Origin: Macrostomum lignano
Taxonomy: Eukaryota
Assembly: GCA_002269645.1 (NCBI GenBank)
Contig: NIVC01000825.1
Coordinates: forward strand, 1 to 64,000
DNA length: 64,000 nucleotides
Direction of reading: 5' to 3'
A program made the translations under genes and the position numbers. The notes below the pieces were generated by a model. It was not told where the DNA came from. It saw nothing but the letters and a program-made list of their open reading frames with translations, and did not search any database. Position 1 is the first letter of the stretch, and the number at the start of each line of letters is the position of its first letter. Positions 23,801-38,845 of the stretch are shown here, piece by piece.

Positions 23801-24034
23801 ATCCCCAGGGATCTCCGCGACCTGAATCGTGACCTGGCCTCGTCCTACTCAATGCGAGCGGCCAACCAGCAGGCTCTGAGCGAGTCGCTGAAGGCGCTGA
23901 ACCAGATCATCCAGCGGGCCGGCCGGCTGCGGGCTGGCAGATTCAAAACCCAGGCGGTCAACGACTGCAGGGCCGCGGTGAAGGCCAGCAATCTCGGCGC
24001 TCTGCACAAAATCATTCGCTCCGGCTCGGCTTGA
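17880..24034 (+). CDS. BBS2: Bardet-Biedl syndrome 2 protein (BBSome); exons 17880-18367, 18649-18894, 19264-19510, 20476-20772, 21362-21871, 22671-22942, 23809-24034
   Basis: [116 protein letters not shown] and [12 protein letters not shown] are collinear with BBS2. All 6 introns are GT-AG and phase-consistent (2,2,0,0,0,2). Confidence 0.95.
18915..19100. repeat. Degenerate ~21-bp tandem repeat (ttcactgttcacatttcgcta-like), BBS2 intron 2
   Basis: Recurrent ctattcactgttcaca and ctattcacttttcaac units. Confidence 0.7.
19552..20437. repeat. 24-bp minisatellite (aatcacctgttagacaatagcccc)n, BBS2 intron 3
   Basis: Direct tandem units between the donor at 19511 and the acceptor at 20475. Confidence 0.95.
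20785..21345. repeat. 16-bp minisatellite (catgtcacattccct[a/g])n, BBS2 intron 4
   Basis: Direct tandem units fill almost the whole intron. Confidence 0.95.
21890..22558. repeat. 30-bp minisatellite (ctgactactcctgactcatttatggcatag)n, BBS2 intron 5
   Basis: Direct tandem units. The variant changes from tatggca to tctattc halfway along the array. Confidence 0.95.
22954..23252 (-). mobile_element. SINE family 2, near full-length, BBS2 intron 6
   Basis: The minus strand starts GGGGCCGTAGCCCAGCTG (A-box-like) ... GGCTCGATTCC (B box). The body is shared with 10873-11020 and 24761-24949. Confidence 0.8.
23335..23783. repeat. 22-bp minisatellite (ggggctcatttccggttgcatt)n, BBS2 intron 6
   Basis: Direct tandem units. 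Confidence 0.95.
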
Positions 24035-24136
24035 GCAGTCGGAGACGCGGATTAACTCCTTTGAGAAGTTTTCTCATTGATGCACTTTATTTGAATCTGA
24101 AATGCGTGTCATCACTTTTGAGCTTTGTTTGACTTG

Positions 24137-24410
24137 CAGCTGACCCACTCCGACCCACTCCGGATCCAGCTGACCCACTCGGACCCACTCCGGATCCAGC
24201 TGACCCACTCTGACCCATTCCAAATCCAGCTGACCCACTCCGACCCACTCCGGATCCAGCTGACCCACTCCGACCCACTCCGTATCCAGCTGACCCACTC
24301 CGTATCCAGCTGACCCACTCCGTATCCAGCTGACCCACTCCGTATCCAGCTGACCCACTCCATATCCAGCTGACCCACTCCGGATCCAGCTGACCCACTC
24401 CGACCTACTC
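24137..24410. repeat. Minisatellite (agctgacccactccggatcc; 20/30-bp variants) downstream of BBS2
   Basis: Direct tandem units. Confidence 0.9.
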
Positions 24411-24760
24411 AACTCATTCCAGATTAACCCTGACCCCCATCATTACCAGCTGACCCCAATTTTACGGTACAAAAGTGCACAGCTTCAATGCTTTTTTCAC
24501 TCGCACGAAGTCCGCTAGTTCTGACTTGCTAGTCTGTCAATAACTGCTCTCTGTCGCTGCAATATGTTTTTAAACACCAACTTTTTATCGCTCTCCCAGT
24601 CTCAAATTTTCTTCAAAGCAATTGTGTTCTAGTCTTTTTCCTGCGAAAGATTTTAGCTGAAGAAATATACACAGAGTACGCAACCAACTGATCAATGCTA
24701 ACAGAAGGTCTTTCGTGAGCAGCACATTTTTATTCTGAATTATTATAGGCAGGGGCACCC

Positions 24761-24949
24761 TGGCGCACTTTAAGTGACATTGTCAGACAACCGGCGAGAG
24801 GCATTACTGCCCATTCCGCAGACTCCCCTGAGCAGGCACACACTCACACAGGAGTGTGTACAGTTTAGTCAAAATGAATGTGACTGCACTTGGAATCGAG
24901 CCTGGGCCGCTGGCACATCAGAGCCCCGCCCTAGACCACAGGGCCACCC
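24761..24949 (-). mobile_element. SINE family 2, internally deleted copy
   Basis: The minus-strand head is GGGTGGCCCTGTGGTCTAGGGCG...GGCTCGATTCC. The body and the cttaaagtgcgcca tail are shared with the other copies. Confidence 0.8.
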
Positions 24950-25899
24950 AAGCAGCATCCTATGTATATTCATACTAGATGTTATTCGTATTATCTAACA
25001 TCGCTAGCATTTCAGGAAGACAATCAGATTTATAAACTTGTGTAATTTGCAGTTTGGAAGTCCAGAGAGTGATATAAAATTGTGTGAACTTTTTTGCTTA
25101 GCGATAGGCTTAGCGATTTGTCCACAGCCAATCAGATTCTTGGCCAGCCGTCATTGGCCAGCCAAGCCCATTCCAGCAAGTGGGGGGTTTAATGCTCACT
25201 GCAACTATTTACACTGGCCCGAGGACAGTTTCCTCAGAGAAATATCAAAATAGGCAGCCAGAAAAAGTTTCCTCTTCTGCGGCGACAAATCCAGCGGCGG
25301 GGCAGGTGAGTTGCTGACGAACTGCGAGGCGTTGCCATGCAATTTGCATCGGTTTAGTGAAGAGCCGCTTGCACTTGCGGCTTCATAGGGATTTGGCGTC
25401 TCTCGCTTCGAGATCAACTCTTTGCCAGAGAAAATTCCGCTCTGCTCTCCTAGTAGGAATAGAAGCAGAATGACAGCGGAATCAATAATTGAACTGCAGG
25501 GATATTGACTGGCGGACAGCTGCGGCTGCGCCGGGACAAGGGAAGAAACCCGTAAAGACTCTGCCGTCATTCCCCCTCCCTCTGCCCTGACCGCGCTGAC
25601 AAGTGGGAAGATCCCGGAGTGACCCAGCAGCTGACGGCGCTCTCTCGGCCTGGCCGAGTCAAGCGGCGAAAGTTGAGCGAAATAATTCCGGGCAACTTGG
25701 CCGCGTGCGGTTCAGCCAGTGAGGGTTGGCCTTCCAACTCTCTCTCTGCCCGCTCAATGGCGCACACAGTTGCTTTGTGATTTTTTTTTGTTAATTTTCT
25801 CAAATTTCAAATTGTTTCAGAAGCTTTGCTGTCTGCTTATCATTGCTCCCTTCATTATTATTTCTCCAGACTTGCTTTTGACCCTGTTCACTCTGGCTC

Positions 25900-27570
25900 T
25901 CTGTCTCTCTCTCTGTCTCTCTCCTTGTCTCTCTCTCCCTGTCTCTCTCTCTCTCCCTGTCTCTCTCCCTGTCTCTCCCCCTGTCTCTCTCCCTGTCTCT
26001 CTCCCTGTCTCTCTCTCCCTGTCTCTCCCCCTGTCTCTCCCCCTGTCTCTCTCCCTGTCTCTCTCCCTGTCTCTCTCTCCCTGTCTCTCCCCCTGTCTCT
26101 CCCCCTGTCTCTCCCCCTGTCTCTCTCCCTGTCTCTCTCCCTGTCTCTCCCCTTGTCTCTCCCCTGTCTCTCTCCCTGTCTCTCTCCCTGTCTCTCTCTC
26201 CCTGTCTCTCCCCCTGTCTCTCCCCCTGTCTCTCTCCCTGTCTCTCTCCCTGTCTCTCCCCTTGTCTCTCCCCTGTCTCTCTCCCTGTCTCTCTCCCTGT
26301 CTCTCCCCCTGTCTCTCTCCCTGTCTCTCTCCCTGTCTCTCTCCCTGTCTCTCTCCCTGTCTCTCCCCCTGTCTCTCTCCCTGTCTCTCTCCCTGTCTCT
26401 CTCCCTGTCTCTCTCCCTGTCTCTCTCCCTGTCTCTCCCCCTGTCTCTCTCCCTGTCTCTCTCCCTGTCTCTCTCTCTCCCTGTCTCTCTCCCTGTCTCT
26501 CCCCCTGTCTCTCCCCCTGTCTCTCTCCCTGTCTCTCTCCCTGTCTCTCTCTCTGTCTCTCTCCCTGTCTCTCCCCCTGTCTCTCTCCCTGTCTCTCTCC
26601 CTGTCTCTCTCCCTGTCTCTCTCCCTGTCTCTCTCCCTGTCTCTCTCCCTGTCTCTCTCTCTCCCTGTCTCTCTCCCTGTCTCTCCCCCTGTCTCTCTCC
26701 CTGTCTCTCCCCCTGTCTCTCTCCCTGTCTCTCTCCCTGTCTCTCTCTCTGTCTCTCTCCCTGTCTCTCTCCCTGTCTCTCTCCCTGTCTCTCTCCCTGT
26801 CTCTCTCCCTGTCTCTCTCCCTGTCTCTCTCCCTGTCTCTCTCCCTGTCTCTCTCCCTGTCTCTCTCTCTCCCTGTCTCTCCCTGTCTCTCCCCCTGTCT
26901 CTCTCCCTGTCTCTCCCCCTGTCTCTCTCCCTTTCTCTCTCCCTGTCTCTCTCTCTCCCTGTCTCTCTCCCTGTCTCTCTCCCTGTCTCTCTCTCTCCCT
27001 GTCTCTCTCCCTGTCTCTCTCCCTGTCTCTCTCCCTGTCTCTCTCCCTGTCTCTCCCCCTGTCTCTCTCCCTGTCTCTCTCCCTGTCTCTCTCCCTGTCT
27101 CTCTCCCTGTCTCTCTCCCTGTCTCCCTTCCTCTCTTCCTGTCTCCCTGTCTTCTCTCCCTGTCTCTTTCCCTGTCTCTCTCCCTGTCTCCCTTCCTCTC
27201 TCCCTGTCTCCCTTCCTCTCTCCCTGTCTCCCTTCCTCTCTCCCTGTCTCCCTTCCTCTCTCCCCGTCTCTCTCCCTGTCTCTCTCCCTGTCTCTCCCTG
27301 TCTCTCCCTGTCTCTCCCTGTCTCTCTCCCTGTTTCTCTTTTCTCTCTATCTCTCTCCCTGTCTCTCTCCCTGTCTCTCTCCCTGTCTCTCTCCCTGTCT
27401 CTCTCCCTGTCTCCCTTCCTCTCTCCCTGTCTCCCTGTCTTCTCTCCCTGTCTTCTCTCCCTGTCTCTCTCCCTGTCTCCCTTCCTCTCTCCCTGTCTCT
27501 CTCCCTGTCTCTCTCTTTCTCTCTCCTTATCTCTCCCTATGTCTCCCTGTCTTTCTCTTCTTGTCTTGAC
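25900..27570. repeat. CT-rich satellite (ccctgtctctct)n
   Basis: Direct units. They explain the 616-aa and 585-aa spurious ORFs. Confidence 0.95.
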
Positions 27571-28570
27571 TGGCTTAGCATAAGCCAGTACTTAATTTCT
27601 TTTAACCTGTTCCTTGATCCCTGCTCCCCTTCGTGTCTCTTCATCTCATTCCTCACACCTCCAGTCTTGTCCATCAATCTCCCCCTGATCTCAGCCCTAC
27701 TTCTCAGTGTGCTCATCTTATCTCTAAAAATAGCTCCAATTTGTCCACCGTCCTGCCAGCCTCGCGCAGCCCCCCCTCCAGCATCTGCAACTCACGCGGA
27801 GCATCATCTGTCTGTGTCGGCTGGGGGTGAGCTGCGCTCCCCAGACAGCATTGGCCCCATTTGTCACAATCGGAGCCGGGACGCGGACTCAGCCGGAACC
27901 GCGGTCTCGTCCCCCCCCCCGCCTTCTCCCATGCAGTGTCATTCAATATCGGCCGATGGGATTTTTGTCCCATATCCAGTTGGCATTATCGCGCCTTGTC
28001 TATCAGCTTGTCGATTCTGGAGCTCCGCCCACCCGAGGAGAAGTTGCCTTTCCGAGACAGAAAAACCCGACATCTCTTAGCAGCGTTTGGCCACGAGCTT
28101 AAAGTTGGGGCGAGGTTTGGAGATTGTGAGGGTTGGGGATGGAGTTGCGCTGGAGAAGTTTAATTAAAAATCCCCACAAGCATCGTTCCGCCCCCTCTCT
28201 CTGGCTTCTTTCCTTGCCAGTGGCAGTTTTTTTATGCAACGAAGCCTCAGCCTGCATTGATTCTCCAGCCTCAGCCGAGGGCATATTGACTGCCCGGGCT
28301 GCGGTTTCCATTCCCAGCCCTCTGGCAGATAAAAATAAAAACGAAGCTGCGCTTCGGATTCTGTAAAACACGCGGAGCGATGTGTCTGCCTGCCTGCCTG
28401 CCTCTCGAGTCCATCGAGCTGTACAACTGCAGATGGGGCATGGCGCCAATCATTGATTCCGACTGAGTGATGGGGGGGGGGTTGCAAGTTGAAAAAGTCG
28501 ATATTGAAAATAGTAAATTACTGTTGTTTTAGATTGAAAGAAAAACTTTTCTGCTATTGAAGGGAGAAGC

Positions 28571-29468
28571 TAGCAAATGTCAGATCAATAAATGTCAGAT
28601 CAGCAAATGTCAGATCAGCAAATGTCAGATCAGCAAATGTCAGATCAGCAAATGTCAGATCAGCAAATGTCAGACTAGCAAATGTCAGATCAATAAATGT
28701 CAGATCAGCAAATGTCAGATCAGCAAATGTCAGATCAGCAAATGTCAGATCAGCAAATGTCAGATCAGCAAATGTCAGATCAGCAAATGTCAGATCAGCA
28801 AATGTCAGATCAATAAATGTCAGATCAGCAAATTTCAGATCAGCAACTGTCAGATCAGCAAATGTCAGATCAGCAAATGTCAGATCAGCAAATGTCAGAT
28901 CAGCAAATGTCAGATCAGCAAATGTCAGATCAGCAAATGTCAGATCAATAAATGTCAGATCAACAAATGTCAGATCAACAAATGTCAGATCAATAAATGT
29001 CAGATCAGCAAATGTCAGATCAATAAATGTCAGATCAGCAAATGTCAGATCAGCAAATGTCAGATCAGCAAATGTCAGATCAATAAATGTCAGATCAGCA
29101 AATGTCAGATCAGCAAATGTCAGATCAGCAAATGTCAGATCAGCAAATGTCAGATCAGCAACTGTCAGATCAGCAAATGTCAGATCAGCAAATGTCAGAT
29201 CAGCAACTGTCAGATCAGCAAATGTCAGATCAGCAAATGTCAGATCAGCAACTGTCAGATCAATAAATTTCAGATCAGCAAATGTCAGATCAGCAAATGT
29301 CAGATCAGCAAATGTCAGATCAGCAAATGTCAGATAAGCAAATGTCAGATCAGCAACTGTCAGATCAGCAAATGTCAGACTAGCAAATGTCAGGCTGGCA
29401 ACTGTCAGATCAGCAAATGTCAGATCAGCAAATGTCAGATCAGCAAATGTCAGATCAGCAAATGTCAG
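28571..29468. repeat. 15-bp minisatellite (cagcaaatgtcagat)n
   Basis: Direct units. They give the spurious (KCQIS)n ORF. Confidence 0.95.
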
Positions 29469-29871
29469 GCAGATGAAAGGAGACAGGAGAAGGTAGCGAG
29501 AGGCGAAGGGTAGTGAATCCTTTGAAACCTCGGGAGCTGTCCTGTCCTCCGACCCCTCCGTATCTCCACTTTTGATCTTTGCTGCTTTCTTGCAGAAAAA
29601 AACGAGAATTTTTCGGACCTAAGAATTCCACCAAACCCTCTGCGTTAAAGCAGGCAGTTTTCAAGGTTCAGGAAGTGCAAAACAGCAAACGCGAAAATCC
29701 TGGCTGCTTGTTGACTTGTTTGCACTTTTCTTTTGATGCTATCTGCTGCTAATTTCTCTGCAGATTAATGAACGGGCTTTGGGTTGAAAAGCAACTTCTA
29801 AAGGCTTTTGGCAAGCCAGGACTGGCTGGTGGAGACAGTCGAACAAAAAAGTTGATAGGGGTTGATAGGGG

Positions 29872-30587
29872 CTGAGAGTGAGACAGAGATGGGCTGAGAG
29901 TGAGACAGAAATGGGCTGAGAGTGAGACAGAGATTAGGTGAGGGTGAGACAGAGATGGACTGAGAGTGAGTCAGAGATGGGCTGAGAGTGAGACAGAGAT
30001 GGGCTGAGAGTGAGACAGAGATGGGCTGAGAGTGAGACAGAAATGGGCTGAGAGTGAGACAGAGATGGACTGAGAGTGAGTCAGAGATGGGCTGAGAGTG
30101 AGACAGAGATGGGCTGAGAGTGAGACAGAGATGGGCTGAGAGTGAGACAGAAATGGGCTGAGAGTGAGACAGAGATGGGCTGAGAGTGAGACGGAAATGG
30201 GCTGAGAGTGAGACGGAGATGGGCTGAGAGTGAGACGGAGATGGGCTGAGAGTGAGACGGAGATGGGCTGAGAGTGAGACGGAGATGGGCCGAGAGTGAG
30301 ACAGAGATGGACTGAGAGTTCAGAGACAGAGATGGGCTGAGAGTGAGACGGAGATGGGCTGAGAGTGAGACAGAGATGGACTGAGAGTTCAGAGACAGAG
30401 ATGGGCTGAGAGTGAGACAGAGTTGGACTGAGAGTGAGACGGAGATGGACTGAGAGTGAGACAGAGATGGGCTGAGAGTGAGACAGAAATGGGCTGAGAG
30501 TGAGACAGAAATGGGCTGAGAGTGAGACGGAGATGGGCTGAGAGTGAGACAGAAATGGGCTGAGAGTGAGACGGAGATGGGCTGAGT
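29872..30587. repeat. 22-bp minisatellite (gggctgagagtgagacagagat)n
   Basis: Direct units. Confidence 0.95.
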
Positions 30588-30984
30588 GAACTGTGGACAT
30601 CAATGGAGGAAGATCTGGGAGAAACAGCCTAAGGATTGGGGAAGTGAGCCAGAGGAAGCGGCAAGCTGCCGGGGTGGCAACTAACTTGTGGAGGCAGGAG
30701 CGGCTCTGACAACTGAGGAAGACGGATGGCTTAAGCTTGTCTGGTAGGGAGAAAAAAGTAATCCAAATTCTTTCCATTCTGGCATGCATCATTTGCTGGG
30801 TCAGCGCCGAGTTCGATCAGGTGACTAAACAATTTGCCATCAGCCCCATCCTGGAACTGGAGATGAGACTGGCTGGAGTCGAAGAGAATGAACAGGAGTC
30901 GCTTCATGTAGTTTGAAGCTTAAAGTCCGAGCTCTTCATCAGTTTTTGGTGTCCTCAGAAATTTTTGTCTGCTTTCCCCCTACC

Positions 30985-32160
30985 GCTCCCATCTCCCCTC
31001 TACCTCTCCCATCTCCCCTCTCTACCTCTCCCATCTCCCCTCTCTACCTCTCCCATCTCCCCTCTCTACCTCTCCCATCTCCCCTCTCTACCTCTCCCAC
31101 CTCCCCTTTCTACCTCTCCCATCTCCCCTCTCTACCTCTCCCATCTCTCCTCTGTACCTCTCCCATCTCCCCTCTCTACCTCTCCCATCTCCCCTCTCTA
31201 CCTCTCCATCTCCCCTTTCTACCTCTCCCACCTCCCCTCTCTACCTCTCCACTTCCCCTTTCTACCTCTCCCACCTCGGTTCTACCTCTCCCACCTCCCC
31301 TCTCTACCTCTTCCACCTCCCCTTTCTACCTTTCCCATCTCCCCTCTCTACCTCTCCCATCTCTCCTCTGTACCTCTTTCACCTCCCCTCTCTATCTCTC
31401 CCACCTCCCCTCTACCTCTCTCATCTCCCCTCTCTACCTCTCCCTCCTCCCCTGTCTACCTCTCCCACTTCTCCTCTGTACCTCTCCCACCTCCCCTCTC
31501 TACCTCTCCCACCTCCCCTCTCTACCTCTCCCACCTCCCCTCTCTACCTCTCCCACCTCCAAGCTCTACCGCTACCATCTCCCCTCTGACAACTGAGGAA
31601 GACGGATGGCTTAAGCTTGTCTGGTAAGCCAGACAAGTAAGTGGGGGGACTGGCTTTCTGGCTCACCCAGTAAGCCAGAAAGCGGAAAAGAAGTTGAGCA
31701 GCCAGCAGCAGATGAAGGCAAGGAAGGCCCTGCCTCTCCGACCTCCCCTCTCTATCTCTCCCATCTCCCCTCTCTACCTCTCCCACCTCCCCTGTCTACC
31801 TCTCCCACCTCCCCTCTCTACCTCTCCCACCTCCCTTCTCTACCTCTCCCACCTCCAAGCTCTACCGCTACCATCTCCCCTCTGACAACTGAGGAAGACG
31901 GATGGCTTAAGCTTGTCTGGTAAGCCAGACAAGTAAGTGGGGGGACTGGCTTTCTGGCTCACCCAGTAAGCCAGAAAGCGGAAAAGAAGTTGAGCAGCCA
32001 GCAGCAGATGAAGGCAAGGAAGGCCCTGCCTCTCCGACCTCCCCTCTCTATCTCTCCCATCTCCCCTCTCTACCTCTCCCACCTCCCCTGTCTACCTCTC
32101 CCACCTCCAAGCTCTACCGCTCCCATCTCCCCTCTCTACTTCTGCACCTCCCCCTATCTC
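30985..32160. repeat. CT-rich array (ctctctacctctcccacctccc-like) containing a 296-bp tandem duplication
   Basis: Identical ORFs at 31544-31786 and 31840-32082 are offset by 296 bp. Confidence 0.9.
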
Positions 32161-32864
32161 TCTCCTACTCTCTTCCCTACTCTCTGCCGCACTCTCTCCC
32201 CACTCCCTACTGCCCTCACCTGAGCAAACTATATACACAGAGATGGCTAAAAGCAAATTAAAAGCAGTGAATTTTTGTTTTCATTCAGTTCATGGGCAGC
32301 CAGAAAGACAAGCAGATTTCCAAGAACAAAAACAGCGGCTTCAAAAAGCCAGCAAGACTCTTCTTTTGAAACTTCTTTTCTGCTTTTACTTTACTCCATT
32401 TTTCTTCACCGACTTCTGTCGCTTAAGCCGAAGCAACAGATGGGAAAGTGCAGTGCAGCCAAAGGCGGAGGGGGGTTAAGTGGGAGGTGAGGACCCGGGC
32501 TGGCAGGGAGAAGTGCCAGATAAAAGGCAGAAGAAACTCCTGCAGGACTTGCAAATGCCGGTTCTGTACAAAGCAGAAAGCAGACAGTGGGGGACAAGAG
32601 GGGACCAGGGAGCAAGACGGTCTGCTTAGCAATCGCATTATCCCATTCCCGGGGACAATCCCTGGCGTCCAGGGTCTGCCGGTGGAAGCACACTGGAAAC
32701 TGGAAAATGGGAGGGACAGGCCGCGCTGTGCGTTGAAGATTTCTCTCAGGCGGTGTCGGCTTGTTTCTGCCTGCCTGCCACTTTTTCTAGCGGCCCCCAA
32801 AAGTCCCCAAGGGTTGACTGGACCTCCTGACAGCAGGCACCGATTCCTTGCAGCTGCCCAGTAA

Positions 32865-34319
<1,455 letters not shown>

Positions 34320-34694
34320 TAACAATTATTAAGTCAAGGAGAAGTAACGCGACCGATGTACTTTTCAGGCTGGAGTTGAAAACAGCCGCAGGAAAACCCC
34401 CGAATGCAAGAAGTTGGATAAGGGCAGTGAAACTCGAGGCTGGGTTAATTTAGTGAGGGAGGCGGTCAGATGGACAGCTTGACCGTAAAAAGTCGGCAGG
34501 CTGTGGCGCCGAAATGCAGCGAAGAATGAAACGAATTTGAATTGAGTTCCTTGTGCTTTATGAAATATGAATTTTATGAAACCTAGAACTCAAAGTCACC
34601 TTTTATATTTAAAGTTCAATGAGTCTTTTCAACTGAATTTCAATAGGCAGAGAGCAGTATTGGCTTAAAGACCTTGTAAAATACCTGGCTAACA

Positions 34695-35865
<1,171 letters not shown>

Positions 35866-36339
35866 AGAACGCAGGGACCATCTACTGTACTGAGGCCAGT
35901 CCCGCTGGGTGCAATTAACCAACCAGTCAGTGAGTGCAACGAACTGAAAGCAGCAGCAGCATCATAGCAGAAGGCTTGACCAACCACAGCTGCTGCTGTT
36001 CATTCAATAGAAAATCTCTCAATAGAGACTTGGCAGCACTCCAGCTGGTTCGGCCATTCTCAGCAGGACAAGTGCGCGTCACGCTGTGTCGCTCCAGTCA
36101 TTCTCTTTTCTTGGACAGAAAAATAAATAAGCTCAATCTTTGAGCAGATAGCTGGCAGTGTGAGAACCGCGATTCAAATTCAGTGAGAAAAGTTTATTTA
36201 CAAAGGTTGTGTTATCCTCGGGCTGTGGTTGCTTGTGTTTCTCGTTACTGACAGGTAAGAGAACAGACTGAGCACAGATGGCTTACGGTTGACACTTTTA
36301 GAATACTTTTTTGAGAGTAAAGAGAGGAGCGGAAAGAAG

Positions 36340-36760
36340 CGGAGAGGAGAGGAGAGGAGAGGAGAGGAGAGGAGAGGAGAGGAGAGGAGAGGAGAGGAGA
36401 GGAGAGGAGAGGAGAGGAGAGGAGAGGAGAGGAGAGGAGAGGAGAGGAGAGGAGAGGAGAGGAGAGGAGAGGAGAGGAGAGGAGAGGAGAGGAGAGGAGA
36501 GGAGAGGAGAGGAGAGGAGAGGAGAGGAGAGGAGAGGAGAGGAGAGGAGAGGAGAGGAGAGGAGAGGAGAGGAGAGGAGGGAAGAGGAGAGAAGAGAGAG
36601 GAGAGGAGAGGAGAGGAGAGGAGAGGAGAGGAGAGGAGAGGAGAGGAGAGGAGAGGAGAGAAGAGGAGAGGAGAGGAGAGGAGAGAAGAGGAGAGGAGAG
36701 GACAGGAGAGGAGAGGAGAGGAGAAGAGAGGAGAGGAGAGGACAGGAGAGGAGAGGTGAG
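36340..36760. repeat. (GGAGA)n microsatellite
   Basis: Direct units. Confidence 0.98.
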
Positions 36761-36927
36761 AATTACTAGGGCAATAAGCAGGTTAATAGCGATATGTGTG
36801 ACCAATGGAAACAAACACAGAACTGAATAAAAAAATATTTTTCAAAGCGAGTCCAAAGAACAAGTGATAAGAAATGATAAAAGTGCAAAAAGTTACTTTT
36901 AAGCAATTATTTTCACTCCAGACTAGA

Positions 36928-38845
36928 ATGTCGGATGACTCATCGGTGGTGTCATCAACCGCGGATGCAGCGGCGGCGGCAGCGGAGCACGAACATGTGG
37001 ACACTGAAGCACTGCACAGCGCACTGGAGCAGGCCGTGATGTACCTGGTTGCCGGGCTGGGCCTGTCAGCGAACGCCGCCCTCCTGACCGCAGTGTTACT
37101 GCAGTCGCACACGCGGCGCCTGTCCTCGGCCTTCCTGGTGCACGCCTGCCTGCTGAACTCGGCGCTGTCAGCCTATTGCGTCATATTCGCTCGCGGCCTT
37201 CAAGAAGGCGTCGTGCCGGCGAGCAGCTGCAACTCGCTGGGCACGAGCTACGTTGTCCTGATGACCGCCTCGGTGTTCAACCTGGTGGCGGCGGCCTGCT
37301 GCGAGGTGTACCTGTTCGACAACTGCCCGACCGTGGTGAAGCAGCGGCCGAAGGGCAACCTGTGCTGCGTGCTGTTTGGCACGGTGCTGGTGTACACTGG
37401 CAGCATCATTTTGCACCTGGGCCCCACCTTGATTGGCGCCAATTTCGAGTCCAGCAAATCCAAACGGTGCCTGTTTGTGTACGGGCAGGCCAAGAACTAC
37501 ATTGTGTACACCATGTGGATCCTCATTGTGTCCTTGGCCCTGGCCGCCGCAGCCTACTACTTGGCCGTGTTCTACCGGGTCATCGGCAAGACCGTGCAGG
37601 CCAAGCTTATCATTCTGAGCAGCCAGCAGGAGGAGCTGCCGGTCAGCATGGAGGCGGTGGACAGAAAGTTGGACAGCCTGGCCGAGATTAAACGGAACAG
37701 GCAGCGGGTGCTGAGCGCGGTGTGCGGCCTGCACTTTGTGTGCTGGTACCCGCTGTTCCTGCTGATCCTGGTGGACCCGCAGTACCAGGTGCGAGCAAAA
37801 TGGAGGAGGCCTGCTAGTCAATGTAGCAACACCGTAGCAACAGCGTAGCAACACCGTCGCAACAGCGTAGCAACACCGTAGCAACACCATAGCAACACCG
37901 TAGCAACACCGTAGCAACACCGTAGCAACACCATAGCAACACCGTAGCAACACCGTAGCAACACCGTAGCAACACCGTAGCAACACCGTAGCAACACCGT
38001 AGCAACACCGTAGCAACAGAGTAGCAACACCGTAGCAAAACCGTAGCAACACCATAGCAACACCGTAGCAACACCGTAGCAACACCGTTACAACGTTACA
38101 TCTTCTTATCTATCCGCCTTACCCAACCGCAGGTGAGCGCCGAAGTCTACAAGCTGCTGACCATCCTGGGCTTCGCCAGAGCCGCCCTCGAGCCCGTAGT
38201 CGTGCTGGCATTCGATCGCAGCGCCAACCACCTGGTGGCCCGCTGCCTGCCCTGCGCCAAGCCGGCGCCGCTCTCCAGCGAGGACGAAGTCAACCGCTGG
38301 ATGCTGACCGTCGATTCCGGCTCGGCAGTCGGTAACTCCGCCGGCAAAGACCGCCTGGCGTTGGCGGCAGCGGCGGCGACAGGAGCTTCCGGCAGTTCGC
38401 CGCAGCGTCAGCCGGAGGCGACATCGACGGCGGCGATGAAGGAGCCAGCAGCTGCATCGGCAACGTCAACGAGATCAACGATCTGGGTGCGGCAGAAGAC
38501 GCTCCGGGGGGCTCTGACTGTTTCGATCACCAGCGGCGGCAGCGGCAGGCTTCCTGCCGGACTCGGTCGTCGCTGCACCATCGGCAGAATCGGCAGGCCT
38601 CTTTCGACGAGTCGTCAGCTGGCGGGCGTTCGTCCTCGGTCGAGGCGCTCAGCTTGGTGTTCGCGCAGCTGCCGCCGCCTCCACCGCTGCCGATGCCAAT
38701 CTCGCCATCATTTGTGAGCTGCTCGGGTCTGCAGCGCCACCTCCAGCAGCACCAGCAGCACCAGCAGCACTTCCCAGCTGTGCCCATCAGACCCGAGGCC
38801 GGCTATCCGAGAATCTTGGCCTACTCACCCATCACCAGGGTGTAA
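36928..38845 (+). CDS. Orphan class A GPCR, SREB (GPR27/85/173)-like; exons 36928-37788 and 38133-38717 (or to 38845 if there is a frameshift)
   Basis: Seven hydrophobic segments: TM1 GLSANAALL, TM6 FVCWYPLFLL, TM7 GFARAALEPVV (compare SREB SFAQAAVNP), and an ECL2 Cys. The intron 37789-38132 is GT-AG, phase 0. The subfamily assignment is tentative. Confidence 0.8.
37815..38090. repeat. 11-bp minisatellite (gtagcaacacc)n in the GPCR intron
   Basis: Direct units. Confidence 0.95.
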
